DNA of 64,000 bases from Ancylonema sp. (Eukaryota), in contig JBFLGF010000093.1 of NCBI GenBank assembly GCA_050230475.1, forward strand, positions 1-64,000, written 5' to 3'. The notes under the pieces were generated by a model. The model saw only the letters and a list, made by a program, of their open reading frames with translations. It was not told the DNA's origin and did not search any database. The position numbers and the translations under genes were made by a program. Every line of letters starts with the position of its first letter. Within the stretch, counting starts at the first letter, position 1. Below, one piece after another: positions 1 through 13,566 of this stretch.

Positions 1-62
1 AGAGTAACCGGTTACAACTGGACTAGCAAGCATAACATATGGCTATCCAAAATATTCCAACA
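1..62 (-). repeat. Copia family A LTR, U3 end (window edge)
   Basis: Matches the family A LTR end (..GGCTATCCAAAATATTCCAACA). It is followed by host copia-B protease sequence (GGTCT), not by a PPT. Confidence 0.9.
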
Positions 63-1569
63 GGTCTAGCCTAACGACGGCACATGCAGCGACCGCAGCC
101 CAAAGTGGAGCTTCCTCTCTCCACATGTCACCTGGGTCGCGACGATCCCAACTCCCATCACCTTGTGGGGTCTGTTGTCATCCGTGCGGACAAAGCTGTA
201 GCGGAGGGGGACGTTGGAGTCGTAGGAATGGAATTGATCTCGCCGCAGGAAAACGTGGTCCGTGGCCCCGATGTCCACGATTAAGTACTGCCCCTCTTGC
301 GATGCCGACAACGTCTGAATGTTGTTCGGGTAGAGTGCCATCCCAAAATGCCCCTCTCCAATACGCTCTCCGAAGTCCAGCGCAACTTTTCCCAAGCACT
401 GCGTCCCAACGAAATCCGCCTTTCTCACTTGGCTTGCTGCATCTTGTCGCATCACGGTAGAGACATCTTGCGCATGCCCCGGTCTCTTGCAGTAGGTACA
501 CGACATGGCGTTCTGCAATTGTTGTCCTCCTTGCTGCCGACTTTTCCCATACTACTGGCCTCCGCTACCTCCTCCACCGAACTGATGTTGCCCCTTATGT
601 TGTCGTCCGTGCCCTCCATTCTGCTGGCCATCCTGCCGCTGTGGTCGTTTGCTGTCTCGCACCAGATGTCCGGGATCCCCACAATTGTGACATTTTTTTT
701 GTAGTCCAACTCCTCGAGCCTGGCCACCTCCTCGTCCGTTCGGACAGCTATTGCGATAGTGTCCGAACTGCTGGAAACCGTGGCACTTCAAATTGCACAA
801 AGCCGGTCCATTATGGGGTCTGCCGCTAGGTTCGGCTCCTCCAAATCCGCCGTAGTTAATCTTTGGCCCTCAGAGAGGCTCGCCACGCTTCCTCGCGCTT
901 AGCTCTAGTTTTGTGTCCTTCTTTAGCAGCGCAGAGACGATGTGGGGGATGGAGTAGAGTTGGGGAGCTGACACCGCCCGGCTCTGCACCACTTCGACCA
1001 TGGTGTCGTCGCGGGTGCCGAGACAGTTGATGAGGTTGGTCGCCTGGTTTGCTTCGGATACTGGCTTCCCCACATGCGACAGCTCTCGATGGGTAACGTG
1101 CAGGCGTTTAACAAACTCGTGTATGTCCTCAGCCTCTCCCATTACCGTAGCACTCAGTTTGGCTAGGGCACTAGGTATTTCAATAGCCCCCTGAACGTCG
1201 TAAAAACTTGCAAGTGCGTTCCACATCTCAAATGCAAAATCATATTCCCTAACATGCACCTGCTCTGAAAGACCTAGAAACAGAACAATGTAAGCCTGCA
1301 CTTTCAAATCCTGTGCATCCCAAGCATCCACAAGCACATTTCTAGCATCGAAATTCTGCTGATGAGTGTTAGTAGCAATTGTTCAAGCTGCAGCATCACC
1401 AGGCAATGAATATACTACTGCCTCTGTCAGCGGCTCGATAAGAACGGGTCGAGGTATTCTTTCCTTTCCTTTGAAGTTCAACACATAGCGGTGCAGCTCT
1501 TTCTCGATCAAGCCGAACCTAACCTTCAAGGCCCACCCCGGACGGAGAGTAAAAACTCTTATCCGCCAT
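63..1569 (-). pseudogene. gag: Copia B gag-protease, frameshifted
   Basis: Gag similar to family A gag (WALKVRFGL, MWNALASFYDVQGAIEI); three CCHC-type knuckles; protease motif LIVDIGATDH. Confidence 0.85.
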
Positions 1570-1582
1570 CTACACCAGAGTT

Positions 1583-2024
1583 TTTAGGGATGTTACGTGA
1601 TCGGTGTGCAAGGTAGTGTGATTCTTTCCGTACAAGGAACTTACGTCTCTCAGAAATGATCAATGACAAAGTGTTGAGTTGGACGAATAATCTTGTATGG
1701 TCGGCATCGTGTAGGTATACCACGATGCCTCGTCCACAACATGAATCTACAAAGCGTGCCGACGGTCGTGTCTACGAACCGTCGGCCTATCATAACTCAA
1801 CAACAGTCAGATCCTGTCAACGGCACACGCCGGACAGTCTGACAAAACATAACGTCTAGATTCCGGAACCATCTAGACCGCACGTGTACAACGGTACAAG
1901 AAACGTCATACGGGTGCCCGCATAAGTCCGGCCCCTCAATATAAGCAACCTAGGAACACTACCGGTTACACCGGCAGTCCGGACTAGCACGCTAGCAAAC
2001 ATGGCTATCCGATATAATTCCTCA
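1583..2024 (-). repeat. Solo copia LTR, family C (TG...AA), TSD GAGTT
   Basis: GAGTT at 1578-1582 and 2025-2029; shares GGATAGCCATG and the two hairpins with families A and D. Confidence 0.8.
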
Positions 2025-2286
2025 GAGTTAATAGCCAAATTCCAACACAAAGATGCAGCAACAAGCAACTCTAGCAATTTGCGGTAATTTGCAACACATA
2101 AATCACAGCTCACAACACAAAAAATAAGAGCAGAACGTAATTCACAAATTACGAGCCTAGCGATTCCGGTATTAATTGCCCTCACAATTAGGCACAATTT
2201 ACCGTCGATTTCCAGAGCAGCTTTGCCTGGCATTAAGACCGTGGAAATGTTTAGGATGTGAAAAATCATATGTCCTAGACAATTTG

Positions 2287-2299
2287 TGGGCCCATAACT
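2287..2299 (-). promoter_or_regulatory. PBS, internal tRNA-iMet type (family B)
   Basis: Reverse complement AGTTATGGGCCCA directly abuts the LTR end (..CTTTCA). Confidence 0.8.
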
Positions 2300-2472
2300 T
2301 GAAAGTATTTGTCCCTTACTAACGGCAGCGCACAAGTTCAATGTTTTACAAACACGAAAAATAAATGTACGGTAAAGCAACAACATTTTGGTATGATTGT
2401 GAAATGTAAATTAGAAAAACGTTCTCGACGGGCTAATGTACCCGACGAGCGGACAACGGTACAATGATAACT

Positions 2473-3080
2473 TGTAATATATCGCCACCGGGCAATATAA
2501 ATAACGTTATTAGCGAATAACAAACACATACGACTCAAACGTAATCGACACGCTGTGTCCGCAGTCTGCACCAGCTAGAGCTTGTTCACTAGTGAATTAG
2601 TGATTGCTCTGCAGGCTGCGGCGTGTATGTTTGAAGGCGGAGCTCACGATCGAATCGTGCACAAGCTCATGTTTAGCTGAGGGTGCTCATGTTCAGCTGG
2701 GGGTGAATCGCACCTCAGCTGACAGCGGTTCGCTCAGGCCACTGGAAGAGCTCTACGAGCTCTGTCGATGCGGGATGGAATTCCGCAAACGACGGTTGAC
2801 TTGCGTCACGAACGGACGGGGTTGACCCGTCAAAGGACCCGTCGAAATAATAGATAATAATATACAATCACCGGCTCCACGCGGGGGCGGTAATATCTAA
2901 TATTAAACAAGTATTAATTGGCGCAATATTGCGCCAAGTATTGATAATACTTGGTCAGGGCGCAGGCCCGAGGCTGGTGTCCCTCTCTATAACCAACTCT
3001 GCTTATAGGCACAATCGATAATTAACTTAATTATCGACAAAACAAGAGTAATGCACAAGTGCACACGTCACTCCGTTACA
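2473..3080 (-). repeat. Solo LTR of gypsy G1 family, TSD TAACT, inside the copia B 5' LTR
   Basis: TGTAA...TTACA termini; TAACT at 2468-2472 and 3081-3085; homologous to 7634-8198 and 18141-18570. Confidence 0.95.
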
Positions 3081-3376
3081 TAACTGGTCGCTTTTCCTAC
3101 CGGCGGTCGGAACTATTGACCGCCGCACATGCGAAACGTACGGCAACTTGTCGGATTCGACTGTCACCACACAAATCCAGCCACAGGCGTGGTGACACCG
3201 CCAACCATCCTACAACGACTACTATAAAGGTCACGTCTGTACAAGTGTGGACGTGCCATGCGCGGACGGATACCCGGGTGTAGCATACCCGGCTCCGTGT
3301 CACAAAAGAATTTAAGGCAATTAGAGGACAAGGCAAACAATATATAAGGTGTGCCTGTCCAACTCAATTTCTAAGA

Positions 3377-5643
3377 GGGACCACAAACTTTATGCGAAAG
3401 CATCAAAGTGTAAGTTCGCCTAGTCCGAGATGTATTTTTTCGGTCACATTATTTCGAAGGACGGCATCAAGGTCGACCCCAAGAAAATGAAATCGGTCCA
3501 AGATTGGCCGGTCCCGACAACCTCACCGAGCTACGGGGATTCCTTGGGATGGCATCGTACTATCGACGATTCATCGACAAGTTTCTACAACAACTCCGTG
3601 GCGTTGGCTGAGCTTCTCCATAAGGACGATTCATTTGTGTGGACGGAGGTTCATCAAAGGGACTTCGAAAGGCTCAAAGAATACCTTTCGTCTGAAAGGA
3701 TTTGTCACTTAAACAACGGCAGCGCACAAGTTTAATGCTTTACAATAACGACAAACAACTGTACGTAAAGCAACAGCGATTCGGTATGGTTGTGAAATGT
3801 TAATCGGAAAGCTTTCTCGTCGGGATAATGTACCCGGCGAGCGTACAACGATACAATGATTACTAATCATTTTCCATACCGACGTTCGAAACTATTGACC
3901 GCCGCACATTCTAAGAGTGCCAACGCACACACGTCTACGGCAACTTGCCGGACTCAACTGTCACCACACAATCTAGCCAATGTCGTGGTGACACAGACTA
4001 GCAACATACAACGACTACTAGAAAGGTCACGTCCGTACAAATGTGGACGTGCCAAAAGCGGACAGATACCGGGTGTAGCATACCCGGCTCCGTATCACAA
4101 TAGACACGTAGGCAATTATTGGACTAGGCAAACAAGATAGTGTAAGTGCCTATCCAAATAAATTCCTAACATCGTCCTCGCCATGCCTCGCCGTAGCCGA
4201 TCCTCACCTCCTATTTGGCTTATGGTGACCGACGCCTCGGACAAGGCAATAGCCGGCGTCCTCTTCCAAGACCAAAGCAAAGGTGTCCAACTAGCGCCTT
4301 CGAGTCTCGGAAGTTCAAGGCGGCGGACATCAAGTACGCCGTCCGTGAAAAGGAAAGACAAGCCATTATCTATTGCCTCAAAATTTGGAAATGTATGGAC
4401 CATAATTCCATTACATACCTTGAGATCCAAGCCTCCTTGAGTCTCCGAAGCTCGATGAATGGAATTTCTTCAAGAATCCAAACCCAACCTCACCATCGAG
4501 TACAAGCCGGGGAAAATCAACGTAGCGGATCCTTCTCTAGACGCCGGGACCTCATGCTCGGAAGCCATAGTGCCGTAGTCGTTGACCAAGCCTCAAACGA
4601 TCGGTTGAGCGATGCCTACTTAGAGGAAAAAAAGCTATTTGGCCGTCTCCGAGGGTAACGACGCTCACACCTTGAGAGAGGGAATATCGTTTCACCCGGA
4701 CAATTCTAGCCGAGACGATCGCCATCCCTCATGATAGTGATCCACTCAAGTTGATTATGGGGGAGTGCTATGATAAACCCCTTGGCAGAAACTTCGGTTC
4801 GGACAAGACAACGGAGCGGGTGCGCCGTGCTTACCATTGGATGGGAATGGACCGGTCTATCCGAGCCTACGTCCGGTCATGTGAGTAGTGCCAATGGAAC
4901 AAACCGTCCTTGGAAAGGCCCGGGGGATTGCTCCAACCATTACCTAGCCCGAATGAGCCTTGGGAAAGGGTCTCGTACGACTTCATCACCAAACTCCCAA
5001 CGACATTACATGGTCACGACACCATTTTGGTGTTTGTTGACATATTTCAAAAAATGGCTAACTTGATTCCCATGACAGAGAAAGCAACCACCGAACAAGT
5101 GACCGAATTGTTCTTTTATCATGTGGTTCGCGATCACGGATTTCCATTAACTTGATCGCGATAAGTGATCGCGATAAGCGTTTCACCGCCAAGTTTTGGC
5201 AAGCCCTCTTTCATACAACCGGAACTCGCCTGAACCTTTCGACGTTGTTATACTCCCATACGGAGTATAACGGAGCGGATGAGCCGAACCCTCGGGAAGA
5301 GCCTCCAGTCTTACGTTCTTCCGCACCACCGAGATTGCGACCAACATCTCTTTCCTATTGAGATGGCGTACACTGATAGTATGAACTCATCGATCCGGAA
5401 AACACCATACTTCTTAAATCATGGACCACATCCATTGATGTTGCACCAAATTGAAAGACTTGTACCCGGATCGGTGCCTCGGGCAAATAACGTCCTCGCC
5501 AACTTACGGACGGCCTTGGATCGAACCAAGGGACGACCGAGCTAAGGCAAGGCAAAAAGACAACGCGGACAAGTCGAGGAAATATCTTCCCTTCCAAGTC
5601 GGAGACTTGGTAAGGTCAAGCAATGCGAGTCTGCCAGCATACG
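3377..5643 (+). pseudogene. pol: Ty3/gypsy G2 pol remnant (RT C-terminus, RNase H, integrase)
   Basis: FFGHIISKDGIKVDPKK, VTDASDKAIAGVL, GLLQPLP..WERVSYDFITKLP, ISDRDKRF; many frameshifts. Confidence 0.9.
3693..4171 (-). repeat. Solo copia LTR, family B (TG...CA), TSD TCGTC
   Basis: TCGTC at 3688-3692 and 4172-4176; interrupts G2 at ..KEYLSS|.. Confidence 0.92.
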
Positions 5644-6624
5644 TGTCATGCCGCTAGAGATCTTTAGAAAGTAATAATTTTTTAATCGACTTTTTAATAG
5701 CAATTTTGGTAATTGTCGATTTTTGATCGTTATGTCGAACTCTGTCGTCATATGAGTTTCGATCAGTCAGGCGTTTGATTTTATATTTTTTTTATACTCA
5801 GTGAGTCTAGAAAAGTCGAAGTACCACTTTTCAGACTTTGATTCAGAGTATTTTGTCGTATCGACGAGTTAGAAGATTCCTCTTGCGCGCCGAGTTAATT
5901 TCAGTCACCGCGCCTGGCTAGTAAGCTGCCGCACGTGTAAAATCTAGAACTCCAGAATAGACAGTCGAGATTAGCTGTCTAGTTGATATTTGTTCTCAAC
6001 CTTAGATCAAGGTATGATCTAGAATACTCCGCGTGCGAAAAGCCGCGTCGATTGTACTAAAGCAAAAAGTCGCTTTCTGAACTGTCAGCTTCTGCTGTCA
6101 GTTTACGCTGTCTAAATCTCAACAAACTCTTTTGCAATCGTCATCTTGTTGCAATCTCCGTGAAGTCGTGTATTCTGAAATCGTTTACTATCGCTATCAA
6201 GTGTGCCGTTTTGCCTTTGATATTCCCTTTGATTTCTTGCAAGCTTCGCGTCGCTTCATTCAACCGTAAGTTTATGTGAAATTACTTGCTTGCTTGTGCT
6301 TGCTGCCGTATCTCACGTAAATGAAAAGCCGTGTACCGTTTTGCATACGCATCGTGTGAAATTCTGCCGTAGTTAGAATTATCGTTACCCTTGCAATATT
6401 GTGACCTTTGCAAGTCATTGATTGCCAGCCGTTTTGCTGGCGTCAGAAATCGTTACAAGTTTGCTGCACCGTTTCGTGCAAGCTCAGCCAGACAATTCAC
6501 CCTTTGAATTGTCTGCACCCATTACTCAATTCGTGAATTGTTCATTCAGCGCAACGCGTGAACTATCGTGACCATATTCGTGTGCGTATTTTGAAGCAAC
6601 CAATCATCAATCATTCTGCAACCC
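5644..6624 (+). repeat. LTR-like repeat Y, 3'-truncated
   Basis: Starts TGTCATGCCG; near-identical reverse-complement copy at about 24537-25499; non-coding. Confidence 0.7.
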
Positions 6625-6902
6625 CGATCTGCCTTCGCATTATATGATGGCACCACGTCAATCCCCCAGAGTCGTAGCTATTGTAGACAAGGAAGATTAG
6701 AAGAAGGAGAGAAAGAAAAATTGTGCAAGTTGTTGTCGATATTAGCACCCCCATGAATTCGGAAAACCAAAGCTCACGTACTGACGGTGAAGAACAACAG
6801 ACTTGAACTCGGTATCCTTCACCCACTAGAGATCCCGACACTCCTATTTACCAAGATGCTGAGGCAGTACCCGGGGAGTATCCTACTCCTCACCTTGAAA
6901 TA

Positions 6903-7633
6903 TTGTTGGAAATTGTTGCACGAGAAGGAGAAGACTATGGTCGACGACAGGGCTACTGTACAAAAATGCCTGATTCATTCGAACCACATTTTTATTTGCA
7001 ACTTGAACCCGGTTCTACCAGTTTGCATCACATGAACGACTCAATTGTGCCACCACCCTTACCTCTGGAAAAGGCTCAAATTCACCATAATCCTCTTCAT
7101 GACATTTTGATGCAGCAACGAGCCATGGTCCAAGGAACAGAGTCAACACTTCAAGAGGTAGCCGATCTGGTCAACATCATGCAAGATCTTGCGAACGCAC
7201 GTACCACCAATCCTGCCTTTCTCAAGGAACTAGCACGCTTACCCGCTCACTACAACCGATTAGCGAAGCATTACGGCATCATCATGCTTCTCAAAAAACG
7301 TGGTGTACTCCTCGTGGGAGACGTGAAACCAGTGGAGAATGTTTTGGATACTAGCGCCAAAGAAACCATGATTGGTGCCAACCTCACCAAACTCCTTCAA
7401 CTCACTCCAGCAGACCTGCACCCCGGAGCACCCTACATCACGGCGTCAGGAAAAATAGAGCTCAGTTTGGGAAGCACTAAGGAGAAAATCCCAATCACCA
7501 TCGGAGAGGGCACGGCTCACCCTTGCACTGTGCATCTCCACCTTCATCTTTCACCATCCACGGAGTTCGACATCATTTTGGGGAACTCGTTCCTATGCCC
7601 TATGGGGGGATACCCGGAACCCTGGACCGAACT
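6903..7633 (+). CDS. Element X1 piece 1: N-terminal region plus retropepsin-like aspartic protease, interrupted by G1
   Basis: VLDTSAKETMIG ... FDIILGNSFL; homologous to the protease at about 62900-63438. Confidence 0.8.
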
Positions 7634-8198
7634 TGTAATATATCGCCACAGGGCAATATATATGACGTTATTCGTGAATAACAAACACATACGACTCGAA
7701 CGTAATCGACACGCTGTATCCGCAGTCTGCACCAACTAGAGCTTGTTCAATAATGAATTAGTGAGTACAGCAGGCTGCGGCGTGTATGTTTGAAGGCGGA
7801 GCTCACGATCGAATCGTGCAAAAGCTCGTCTTCAGCTGAGGGTGAATTGCACCCCAGCTGATAGCGGTTCGCCCTACGAGCTCTACTAGAAGAGCCCTAC
7901 GAGCTCTGTCGATGCGGGATGGAATTCCGCAAGCGATGTTTGACTTGCGTCATGTGCGGCTGAATCCGTACGAACGGACGGGGACTTTGACCTGTCAAAG
8001 GATTCGTCGAAATAATAATACCGGCTCCATGCGGGGGCGGTAATATCTAATATTAAACAAGTATTAATTGGCGCAACATTGCGCCAAGTATCAATAATTC
8101 TTAGGCGGGGCGCACGCCCGAGGCCGGCGTCCCTCTCTATGAGCAACTCTGCTTATAGGCGCAAGCGATAATAACTTAATTATCGTCACTCTGTTACA
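7634..8198 (-). repeat. G1 3' LTR; PPT at 8199-8210
   Basis: TGTAA..TTACA termini; adjacent CTCGCCCCCCCT is a purine tract on the minus strand. Confidence 0.92.
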
Positions 8199-8324
8199 CT
8201 CGCCCCCCCTTAAGTGGCAATGTCCGCATTGACCACAAAAGAGTAACTAGGACTTGAACCGTTTCCGCAATCCAGCCCGGATTTGTTCGTCGGAAAACGT
8301 TGTTCCAACTGTGCGCTTAACACT

Positions 8325-9337
8325 CTATGCACTGTTGTTCTTAGCTCTTGACATGCCTTTTTCTCTAGCCAGGAATTTAGTTACCATCAGTGGCGCTGAT
8401 TTTTCGATAACTATCGCTGGTTCCCAAATGTTATGTTCAGGTCCATAATCCAACCACTTGACCAGAAATTCACGTCGTGTGCCACGGCCGACTTTTAGAA
8501 ATTGGAAATCGATAAGTTTTTCGATTTCATATTCCATGTTAGCTTCCACGGGAACCGCCGGTGGAATCGGCGATTTACCCGCTACAAAACGCCGAAATTA
8601 ACTCACATGAAAAACATTGTGAATTTTCCGATGCACGGGCAACTCCAATTGGTAGGCAACTTCACCGATTCTGGCCAACACCTTAAACGGACCACTGACT
8701 TTAGGCCAGAGTTGACTGGGCCCGGGTGTTGATAGAGTGATCCTCCTAGTAGATAGAAGAACACTACTCCCAACAGAAAATCGTTCCACCAATCTTCTGC
8801 GGTTGTCAGCATTCATTTTTTGCCTTGCTTGAGCCTCTTGATAACTCTTCCGAGCCTTCTTTAAGAGTCTGTCAATTTGGGCACGAAAACGTTCAGCAGC
8901 AGGGTTCCAATCTCCTGGCTGTCCCGTTTGCAGACGAGCACTTGTTCGAAGGGTTAACGGTGTCTTTGGGTGCTGACCGCCATTCATCTCGAATAGAGTA
9001 CACTGGATGGTTTCTTGCCAAGCGTTGTTTATCGAAAACTTTGCCAATGGCAACCAATCCTCCCAATCGGACATGTCGACATCGATGAAGCAACGAAGAT
9101 ATTGCTCCAAAGTTCGATTGGTCCTTTCGGTTTGCCCCTCGATTTGAGGATGAAAAGAAATACTCATCTTCAAATCGACACCCAATCCAGCAAATAACGT
9201 TTGCGTGAACGCGGCCCGAAATTTAGGATCTCGATCACAAATAATTTCGTCGGGAAGGCCATGGAGTCTTACAACTCCATCGATGAAATAACGGGCAAAA
9301 TCCTTTGCCGTCATCGATTCCTCAACCGCGATGAATT
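8325..9337 (-). pseudogene. pol: G1 integrase core/C-terminus (GPF motif) plus chromodomain
   Basis: [61 protein letters not shown]. Confidence 0.93.
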
Positions 9338-12300
9338 TTTTAACAGTGCTGTCCCGAGAGATTCAGATCTCCGACTCACAGTTTCCGTAAGCTACAATAT
9401 CTTTCAACGAATCTCAAAGGGACAAGAACGTGATAAACGATAATACAAAAGCATCGATGGAAATGAGTAATAAATTGTGAGCGGCATCGGGTTGATAATA
9501 CCCGATGCACGTTACATTGGCAATAATGCCGACGGTCGGAATACCGACCGTTGGCCTATCACAACTCAGCACGTAAGCGATCATGTCAACGGCTTATGCC
9601 AGACAGTCGCGCATGACTAGGCATAGCAAATCCTACCAAGCCACGTAGCTAGGTGCAGTCTGACATGACGCACCTAGCCTACTTCACTAGCAACGGCAAT
9701 CATTATGACGACACGGTACGTGCCTAGCAAAGCGAGTCGGGTGCCCGGAGACAAACGTATCCGACCCCTCTACTACAATCACACCCGGCTATAAGCGCCC
9801 GGGTGGAGTCCGAACTAGCACACTAACCATGGCTATCCGACTTATTCTAACACACCCCCTCGGATGCCATGCCTTGATTGGCAATTCGCTAGGCACCCTA
9901 GGGACTACCCTAGTTACAGCTAAATCATGGCATGACCATTGCATAGCCCATAAGGTAGTTTGGTCTACCCTAGCATATAGACGTGCTAGGGGTGCCCTAT
10001 CTACAAAGTAGCCGATCGGAGCTCCCGAAGTCGATCGCTCCCGCTCCTTGGTCGTTTTTTCGGGCCGAAGCCCTGATCATACTGACAACTACCACAAGTT
10101 AGTGAAACAAAAAAAACAAAAAAATACGTTTTTTACTTTTTGACTTTTTCTGACTATTTAACCCATGCAGTCTGAAAACTTTAAACTTGCACAACTCTTT
10201 CAAAACATGTCCGTACAATTTGAAATTTTGTCATCATGTTTAACATAGCAAAGGCAACGTACACATCGAAAATGAAGTCATTCTAACAACTTTTTGAAAT
10301 CTGCAAAATCTGCAGAATCTGAAACCCTTTTTAACTTGACGTAAAGGTGTTTCAGGGGTTGCTGATAGATTGACTTAGCTGGATATTGGAGGAGTGCTGA
10401 TCCCTCCAGATGTGTCCTGGCCCCAAGCCAAAAACAAAACACACACCCCCTGCCAAGCATGGCAAGGCATCCGAAACATCCAAAAACAGTTCTACGCACC
10501 CCCTAATCAGTACACCCTTCACTATCTGGCAGCAGATTGACTGGCCAGAATATCCCCGTCCAGAACTATTGACACAACTGACTCAATATTTGGCCAAACT
10601 GACTCAAATTACTTGCTACACGGAGCCATCTCTACCAGCTACACTACTGGGTTTACAAGTTAGCAAACAAACAAACAAATCGCAGCAAGCAACAGTTTTT
10701 CAGGGATGCTGGCAGCAGGCTCTCCAGATTGTTGCTGAATACCCTGCTGGATCTAAAACAACCAGCTTTTCGTTTCGCTCATCTAAATGACCTCAAACTA
10801 AATACACTCTTAGTCAACCCTTTCAGGCACGTTGCTGATGTTACAGCTCAACAAACTGTCAAGTACCCAGCACAAGGTAAAATATTTTCTAGAGTACTGA
10901 CGTCAGACTCTGCAGACCTCTAAAAACTGCAGCTTTTATACTCTGGCTATCCTTTACACACAAAACTTGGGCAGGAATGCCTTTTATTATGACTTAAACC
11001 TTTTCCACACTTTCTATCAACATAGCACACCCTCACGACCACTACACCAGACCACGCACAAATCAGCAATTAAGTCAGGCGGGGCGTAGGGTTGGGAAGT
11101 TGGTGGGTGTGGACTGTTTGCTATGACTCCTGTCCTCATCTTGGACCTATGCCCCTTCACTAAAGCCTGCCCTTTGGAACCCCCATACTACTTGCTATCA
11201 TTCAGCATCCTGTCTAGGATCTCATAGCCAGTCTGACTCCCTAATTCACCAAAGCTGGACTTCAGGTTCTTGGAGTTTAGGGTGAGAGGGCCGACGGGGG
11301 GAGGGTCTTGGAGTTATTTTTCAGGGTGGGTAGGAGGTGTTATTTCAGATAGCCCCTCTCCGGGCATATTCCAGTTCATTACAACGGAAAATTTTGTTTT
11401 TACTCCCTCGGACCCAGGCACCATGACACTAGCACACAAAAGGGCCAGACCTCTGTGATGAATGCAATCTGCCCATTTCTCTCCTGTCAGAGTGGTCAAT
11501 TTCGGTCCCTCAGGAAGAACAACGAACCCCAAATTACCTCGCAAGACGAGGCAGTCCACAGACACCAGGTTCTGCGAGAAACTCGGCACGTGCAGAGCTT
11601 TCAAGGGCTTTCAAGGGCTGGACAAATGGCTGGCCAACGTTGCAATAGCGACATGTGATACACGCACCCCCACTTCCCTGAATTTCAGCTCCCTCCTCAC
11701 GCCCAACAGGAGCAGCTGCCTGGCACTCCCAAGCTCGATGGCCTGGCTCCTGGCACCGGTAGCACTCGACTGCTTTGTTGCGATCGCCGCCCCTCTCGCG
11801 CGACGGCTGCTCCTCCGGGCAGTCTCGCTGGATGTGGCCGAATTTGCGGCAGCCGTAACACTCCGGTCCAGCTTGTCTGCCACCGCCTCGACCCCCATAT
11901 GGCCTTCCGTTGCCACTTGCACCCCCTCGGCCAGCATAGTTCGCATGCTGGCCTCCTGGCAGCATCCCCCTTTTACGATCGCCCAGCTCCTCCCTCGTCG
12001 CGTCGTTCGATAACACGTACTGACGATGTGCGGAATGGTAAAATGGCTGAATTGGACTGCGCCCAGGTCATGCACGTCCGCACCATCGGGCTGTATAGTG
12101 TAGATGGCGAGTTGAGGAGGTTTATGGATTGATCGAAGGGAGTCACTGGAGCACCGAGGCCGTCCAGCTTGTCGTGAAGGTCTTTAAGCCGCTTCACGTA
12201 GATGGCCAGCTTCTCGTTCTCCGCCATGACGATGGCTGCCAGCTGGGCTTTCGCATTGGCTTTCTCGATGGCGCCCTGGACGAAGTAATAGGACTCCAGG

Positions 12301-13566
12301 GCGTCCCACATGGCTGCAGCAGTGTCGCAATGTGTGACGTGCGACAGCTCGCAGCATCCCAGATGCTTGACGATGTATGCCATGGCCGCAAGATTCTTCT
12401 CCTCCCAAACAAGGAGTGCAGCAGTTTGAGCTGCGATCGCAGCTTGCCGAGCTCTGCGGGCCAGAGCTGGATCGTCGCCTGCAGCGGTGATTTCATCCTC
12501 CTCAGCCTGCGTCAGCATACTGGGGATAACAGGACAAGATTGCCTGGCAACACCGCCCCATTGTAGCACAATATTATGCAATTTCTTATCGGCCAAGCCG
12601 AACTTTAAACGCCCATTGTCTATAATCTACTCCTGTAAATTGAGGGATCATGGATTTATCCGACATTGCGAGCAGTAGTTATCAAAACACGGCAAGTAGT
12701 CACTCGCAGCCTTAGGCCGTTACTGAGCGTGTCTGAGCTCGCTCCTGAGCTCAATTGAGCCGTGCGCCATGTGCCTAGCGCCGGAAAACTTGGGAATTCC
12801 GAGCTCAGACGCTGTAGCTTAGTATGTAGCTTAGTGTCGGCGTAAATGATTTCTGAGCTCGTTCGAGCTCAGAAATCATTTCCGCCCCTGAGCTCGAGCG
12901 TCGAGCTCAGGAGTGCTGACGTGGTCCTGAGCTCGAACCCGCCAATCGTGCAAAGCCAATTTTCTGATACGCCAATCATAGATTTTCACTTGAACGGGGT
13001 AAAGGGCAACCATGCTGACATGGCAAAAGTTCAGGAACACATACGATAATTTCGCCGGCCACCGCGAGCTCAGGAGGTCGAGCTCAGGATAAATTTGCTA
13101 GCGAACCGTACCCGCGATTATCGCCAGCGAAATTGAGCTCAGGAGCGGAGCTCAGGAACACGAAGTAACACCCTTACAGCTCGCAGTGTTCAGTGCGATC
13201 ACTCACAATTCCAGACCCTGCACCAATTACGTGCAGCGATTCTTAACCCGTAAATTTTGCCCCTGAAAGAGCACAATTTATCGTCCCGCAGTTTCGATTG
13301 CAGTGGACGCGTAGAAGCCTGTAGTTATTAACACAGCGTCTCTAACTAGACCGCATGTGGGCCCATAACCTTTTAACAGTGCTATCCCGAGAGATTCAGA
13401 TCTCCGACTCACAGTTTCCGTACGCAACAATATCTTTCAACGAATCTCAAAGAGACAAGAACGTGATAAACGATAATACAAAAGCATCGATGGAAATGAG
13501 TAATGAATTGTGAGCGGCATCGGGTTGATAATACCCGATGCACGTTACATTGGCAATAATGCCGAG
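9338..13566 (-). mobile_element. Copia family D non-autonomous (gag-only) element nested in G1 integrase
   Basis: 3' LTR 9338-9852; PPT 9853-9862; truncated 5' LTR 13371-13566; PBS 13358-13370; no IN, RT or RH between the LTRs. Confidence 0.85.
11314..12666 (-). pseudogene. gag: Family D gag plus protease C-terminal remnant
   Basis: ADKKLHNIV, MWDALESYY, CYGCRKFGHIQRDC, CYRCQEPGHRAWEC; joined by a deletion to LHVPSFSQNLVSV. Confidence 0.85.

Larger units (their letters stand above)
63..3376 (-). mobile_element. Ty1/copia family B element, 5' part (5' LTR, PBS, gag, protease), inserted in gypsy G2 RT
   Basis: LTR 2300-3376 is homologous to solo LTR 3693-4171; PBS at 2287-2299; gag/PR motifs lie downstream on the minus strand. 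Confidence 0.85.
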
